Assembly: GCA_021783095.1 (NCBI GenBank)
Contig: JAJXUG010000011.1
Coordinates: 22,322 to 86,321 of the forward strand
Reading direction: 5' to 3'
DNA from: Chloroflexota bacterium
Lineage (GTDB): Bacteria > Chloroflexota > Limnocylindria > Limnocylindrales > CSP1-4
DNA: 64,000 nucleotides
In this document: positions 60,300 to 64,000 of the stretch, in pieces
Layout: every line of letters begins with the position of its first letter
How positions within the stretch are numbered: position 1 is the first letter of the stretch
The notes under the pieces: generated by a model
What the model saw: only the letters and a program-made list of their open reading frames with translations
The model's database searches: none
Told to the model about the DNA's origin: nothing
Made by a program: the position numbers and the translations under genes

Positions 60300-61190
60300 T
60301 CAGCCCTCGGCCGTCGGCGCCTCCTCGACCGTCACCGTCCGCTCCTCGGTCCCGCGGACGAGCGACACCTCGAACGGGAGCTTGGCGGCCCCGAGGGCGG
60401 TGTGCAGCTCATCGACGTCAGGCGTGGGCTCGCCGGCCACGGCCACGACGAGGTCGCCCTGGGCGATCCCCGCCCGCTCGGCCGGGCTGTCCGATTCCAC
60501 CTCGCGGACGAGCACGCCATCGCGCTCCGGCAGACCGGTCGCCCGGCGCAGGTGTCGCGCCACGCGGCCGGGCGCAACGGCGATCCCCAGTCGGGGCCGG
60601 CTGGGCGACTCGCCGCGACCCAGCGCGTCGACCCGGGCGCGGAACGCGGCGTCGGCGGGCAGCGCGAGGTAGAAGCCCTCGCCCACCCGGTTGGTGTTGA
60701 GCCCGAGCAGCGCGCCGTCGGCGTCGAGCAGCGCCGAGCCAGACGACCCGGGGGCGAGCGGCGCGGTGTGCTCGAGCGACCCGCCGATCGGCCGCCCGCC
60801 GGGCCCGCGGAAGGCGCGCTCCACCGACGACACGAACCCGAACGAGACGCGCGCCCCGCCCGTGCTCGTCGCTGCCGCTGCGAACACGGCCGTCCCGATG
60901 GTGGGCGTCTGGGAGGACCAGGCGAGCGCCGGCGCGCCCGTGGTGTCGACCTCGACGACCGCGAGGTCGCCGTCCCAGTCGACGCCCTTGGCATCGCCGC
61001 GGGCGGTGCGGCCGTCGGCGAAGCGGACGGTCACCTGCTCGGCCCGCAGGTTGTGGGCGTTGGTGAGGACGCGGCCGTCCTCGATGACGACGCCGGAGCC
61101 GCGGGCACGCGAGCCGATGGCGACGATGGACGGACCGGCTGCCGCGGCGGCTGCGGCGATGGCCTCGGAGAGATCAGTGACGACGGTCAT
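60300..61190 (-). CDS. S1C (HtrA-like) trypsin-type serine protease with one PDZ domain
   Basis: GSGVV, LTNAH, GDLAVV, PGSSG and SPAERAGIAQGD motifs; no signal peptide seen. Confidence 0.88.
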   Translation of the reverse strand: MTVVTDLSEAIAAAAAAAGPSIVAIGSRARGSGVVIEDGRVLTNAHNLRAEQVTVRFADGRTARGDAKGVDWDGDLAVVEVDTTGAPALAWSSQTPTIGTAVFAAAATSTGGARVSFGFVSSVERAFRGPGGRPIGGSLEHTAPLAPGSSGSALLDADGALLGLNTNRVGEGFYLALPADAAFRARVDALGRGESPSRPRLGIAVAPGRVARHLRRATGLPERDGVLVREVESDSPAERAGIAQGDLVVAVAGEPTPDVDELHTALGAAKLPFEVSLVRGTEERTVTVEEAPTAEG

Positions 61191-61250
61191 GGCGGTGGGG
61201 ACTCCCGCTTCGTTGGTGGCGCTGCGGCAGGCATAGGTCCAGGCTCAACC

Positions 61251-61418
61251 GTCTCGCCGGGCGTCATCGCCACCGAGCCCCACGATGACGTGTCCGGGGC
61301 CGACAGAGCGGTCGCCATGTTCGAGCTGGAGGGCGGCCCGATCCTCAGCCTCTGCCCGCGCACGGAACTGGCCAAGGACGCGGGGCTGCCGCTGGACCCG
61401 CTCGCGTCACGGGCGGAA
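61251..61418 (+). pseudogene. Fragment of a VOC (glyoxalase/bleomycin resistance) family gene
   Basis: Reads VSPGVIATEPHDDVSGADRAVAMFELEGGPILSLCPRTELAKDAGLPLDPLASRAE, resembling a VOC internal segment; no N- or C-terminus. Confidence 0.55.
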
Positions 61419-61468
61419 ACGCGCGGCCGCAGGTCGACGAGGCCAGGTAGCGCGGGGCCGAGAATCGA

Positions 61469-61498
61469 GAAGCGGCCCGCCGGTTGGCGGGCCGCTTC
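61469..61498 (-). terminator. Intrinsic terminator-like hairpin after the cold-shock gene
   Basis: GAAGCGGCCCGCC-ggtt-GGCGGGCCGCTTC, 13-bp stem. Confidence 0.7.
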
Positions 61499-61505
61499 CC
61501 TGCGA

Positions 61506-61709
61506 TCAGGCTGCGCGAACCTGTGAGGCTCGAGGTCCCTTGGGGCTGGCCTCGACCTCGAACTGCACGCGCTCGCCGCCGACCAGGCGATCGAAGACAA
61601 GCGAGGCGTCGAGGGCGTCGCGATGGAAGAAGTACTCCTTCGCATCCTCGGCCGTGATGAAGCCGAAGCCGCGATCAGCGACGACCTTCTTGATGGTACC
61701 GGTGGTCAT
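61506..61709 (-). CDS. Cold-shock domain protein
   Basis: GTIKKVVADRGFGFI (RNP1), YFFH (RNP2) and KGPRA motifs; GGAGG RBS. Confidence 0.95.
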   Translation of the reverse strand: MTTGTIKKVVADRGFGFITAEDAKEYFFHRDALDASLVFDRLVGGERVQFEVEASPKGPRASQVRAA

Positions 61710-61838
61710 GATGACCTCCACGCTTCCCGAACTGGGACTGCACGACGCACGGTCAGTTCGAGAAGGGGGTCGACCACACGGAGCACGCCGCGCAGTGCGG
61801 CGAGGGGGACATCATAGCACGGATGTTCGTTCTGCCAA
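61710..61838 (-). promoter_or_regulatory. Cold-shock gene promoter and structured 5' UTR
   Basis: TTGGCA-16-TATGAT with extended TGn; 12-bp stem (61723-61734 with 61754-61765) just upstream of the RBS. Confidence 0.55.
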
Positions 61839-62003
61839 GGACGGGCGATCCCGGGAACGTCGGTGCGGCTGGTACGTGGCGCGCAGGGCGCGGACTGCCG
61901 CCGGATGCTCGGGGGTGGTCGGGCTCCATCTGCGGGCCGGTGCACGGCGGCGGGGCGACTTCCGCGACGACAGCCTCCTGCGCTCCGGTACCCTGCGCCG
62001 GTT

Positions 62004-63266
62004 GTGACCGCATCACTCTGGCGCCACGCCGACTTCATGAAGCTCTGGGCCGGGCAGACCGTGTCCGAGCTCGGCTCGGTGGTGACGCGCACGGCCGTGC
62101 CGCTCGTCGCGCTGCTCGTGCTCGGGGCGGGCCCGTTCCAGATGGCGCTGCTGGTGGTCTCGGCCAGCCTCGGCGTGCTCCTCGTCGGGCTGTTCGCGGG
62201 CGCCTGGGTCGACCGGCTCCGACGGCGGCCCCTGCTCATCTGGGCCGACGCGGTCCGCGCAGTGCTGCTGGCCTCGATCCCCGCAGCGTATCTCGCGGGC
62301 ATCCTGCGCATCGAGCAGCTGTACGCGGTCGTATTCCTCGAGGGCTGCCTCGGGTCGCTCTTCGACGCAGCGTACCCCGCGTACGTCCCCTCGCTCATCG
62401 GCGTCGATCGCGTGGTCGAGGGCAACAGCAAGCTCGCCACGAGCTCGTCGCTCGCGGAGATTGGCGGTCCAGGACTGGGCGGCGGCCTGGTGCAGCTCAT
62501 CGGGGCGCCCCTCGCGATCCTGGTGGACGCGGTCTCGTTCGTGGTCTCGGCGGTCTCGCTGGCCCTGATCCGCAGCCCCGAGCCGCTCCGCCCCGCGAGG
62601 ACCTCGCCCGTCCCGATCCGCGCCGAGATCGCCGAGGGTCTCCGGTTGGTCCGCCAGCACCCGATCCTGCTGCCGCTGACCCTCCGGTCGGTGATCGCCC
62701 ACGTCGCAGGCTCGTTCTACGGCGTCCTCTACACGATCTACCTGATCGAGGAGCTCCACCTCAGCCCGTTGCTGTTCGGGATCGTCGTGTCGGCAGGGGG
62801 CGTCGGCTCGCTGATCGGCTCGTTCTTCGCCGCCAGGGTGATCGCGCGGTTCGGCCTCGGCCCCGCGCTGATCTGGACGGCCACGGCGGCCTCGGTCGTC
62901 GGGGTGCTGACGCCCCTGGCGGGCGGGCCCCTCCTGCTCGCGACGGTGATGGTGTTCCTGCCGCAGCTGGTCGGCGACGGCCTCCAGACCATCGAGGGCG
63001 TGGCGGAGCTGTCGCTCATCCAGGGCGTCGTCCCGAACCGGATCCTGGGCCGGGTCAACGCCACGCTCGAGGTGTTCTCCCACGGGATCGCCTACCCGCT
63101 CGGGGCGCTCCTCGCGGCGGGGGTGGCAGGGTGGATCGGCGTCCGGGGCGGGATCGCGATCGGCTGGGCCGGGATGGCGGTCTCGATCCTGCTGCTCGTC
63201 TTCTCGCCCCTGCCGCGCGTCCGGCAGCCGTCCGATGTGGCCGCCGTCGAGGGCCCGCGGCCCTGA
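62004..63266 (+). CDS. MFS transporter (DHA3/EntS-like)
   Basis: DFMKLWAGQTVSELG, GAWVDRLRRR motif A, about 12 TM segments, LGRVNA. Confidence 0.92.
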   Translation: MTASLWRHADFMKLWAGQTVSELGSVVTRTAVPLVALLVLGAGPFQMALLVVSASLGVLLVGLFAGAWVDRLRRRPLLIWADAVRAVLLASIPAAYLAGILRIEQLYAVVFLEGCLGSLFDAAYPAYVPSLIGVDRVVEGNSKLATSSSLAEIGGPGLGGGLVQLIGAPLAILVDAVSFVVSAVSLALIRSPEPLRPARTSPVPIRAEIAEGLRLVRQHPILLPLTLRSVIAHVAGSFYGVLYTIYLIEELHLSPLLFGIVVSAGGVGSLIGSFFAARVIARFGLGPALIWTATAASVVGVLTPLAGGPLLLATVMVFLPQLVGDGLQTIEGVAELSLIQGVVPNRILGRVNATLEVFSHGIAYPLGALLAAGVAGWIGVRGGIAIGWAGMAVSILLLVFSPLPRVRQPSDVAAVEGPRP

Positions 63267-63454
63267 GGGCCCGCGTCAGGCGGGGGCCGATCATGGCCCT
63301 TCCGGCGCGGCGGATCGCTCAGGTGGAGGCCCGGGGGCCGCGGCCGGCCGGTGGGCTCGTCCGCCGCTCCTCCGCCCGCTGCTCGTGCCCCGCCACTCGG
63401 CACGGGTCCGCGGCTCGACGACGGGCCGCTCCGCCACGTTCGCAGGACTCCTCG

Positions 63455-64000
63455 TCAGCCCCGGGCGGTGCCCGGTGCGAGGACGTCGAAGTCGCTCGTC
63501 CTGTCCGCGACGGCCTCGGCGCCGATCCGCACAGTCGGGATCCCGAACGGCTCGTCCACCAGCCATCGCCAGCCCCGGTCCGCGAGCCCCTCGAGCGTCT
63601 CCGCGGCCACCGCCAGCGTCGCCTCGCGGTGCTCCGCGGCGAGCCCGGTGAGCACCGGCCGGGAACGCGACAGCGCGATGGCGCCGGCCACGTCGACGGC
63701 GGCCCGCAACGCGGACGCGCGCGCGGCGAAGCCGGTCGAGCCGCAGCAGAGCAGCAGCTTCACGTCGCCCGCGTCGGGCAGGACCCCCGCGACCAAGGCG
63801 TGCCACTCGTTCACCAATGCGCTGTCCGGCTCGAGGAACGCCATGCGGTGCGAGGGGAAGAGCTCGCGGCGCAACGCCACCTCGGCGACGGCACGCGCCG
63901 GTGCGCGCGGCTCCTCGCCCAGCCAGGCGGGCAGCGCGCCGACCACCACCGAGTCGGGCAGCAGCCCATCGGCGAGGGCCAGCGAGACGGCGAGCAGCTG
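63455..64000 (-). CDS. Hypothetical protein, 5'-partial; distant lysine 5,6-aminomutase alpha-like C-terminus
   Basis: Open frame to the window edge: QLLAVSLALADGLLPDSVVVG...AEVALRRELFPSHRMAFLEP...AAETLEGLADRG...GAEAVADRTSDFDVL. Confidence 0.55.
   Translation of the reverse strand, partial: QLLAVSLALADGLLPDSVVVGALPAWLGEEPRAPARAVAEVALRRELFPSHRMAFLEPDSALVNEWHALVAGVLPDAGDVKLLLCCGSTGFAARASALRAAVDVAGAIALSRSRPVLTGLAAEHREATLAVAAETLEGLADRGWRWLVDEPFGIPTVRIGAEAVADRTSDFDVLAPGTARG

Overview
A very GC-rich bacterial window, possibly Chloroflexota or Actinomycetota (a guess from gene style only). It holds about 56 genes, and I found no rRNA, tRNA, CRISPR array or transposase. (1) 1-20 kb is an uncharacterised catabolic island: a Tm-1-like/TIM-barrel pair, a truncated PPDK fused to a winged-helix domain, a stand-alone PEP-utiliser His-domain protein, an HprK-like P-loop protein, a three-subunit xanthine-dehydrogenase-family Mo enzyme, a cyclase, a cupin, a split transketolase, an SDR, an MBL hydrolase, a tyrosine-phosphatase-family protein and two paralogous GntR regulators. 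One 7-bp-periodic operator-like motif overlaps sigma70-like promoters here and at the deoC/sugar-ABC operon 15 kb away. (2) 20-24 kb: GNAT, AraC regulator and an old-yellow-enzyme flavoprotein. (3) 24-37.6 kb: sugar ABC uptake and catabolism with ROK kinase, ROK repressor, deoC, SIS and three Gfo/Idh/MocA genes. (4) 37.7-42.8 kb: hypFCDE. (5) 44.8-55.2 kb: a corrinoid-dependent demethylation module (AcsE-like methyltransferase, MetF-MetV fusion, RACo-type activase, corrinoid protein, two non-pyrrolysine MttB homologues) split by galE. (6) 55-64 kb: XRE-HTH/nuclease-like gene, crotonase, tyrosine phenol-lyase with Lrp regulator, PDZ protease, a VOC pseudogene fragment, a cold-shock protein, an MFS transporter and a divergent lysine-5,6-aminomutase-alpha-like gene. 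Several intergenic regions carry helically phased arm-N7-arm palindrome arrays. All calls are by-eye motif recognition; no database search was run.
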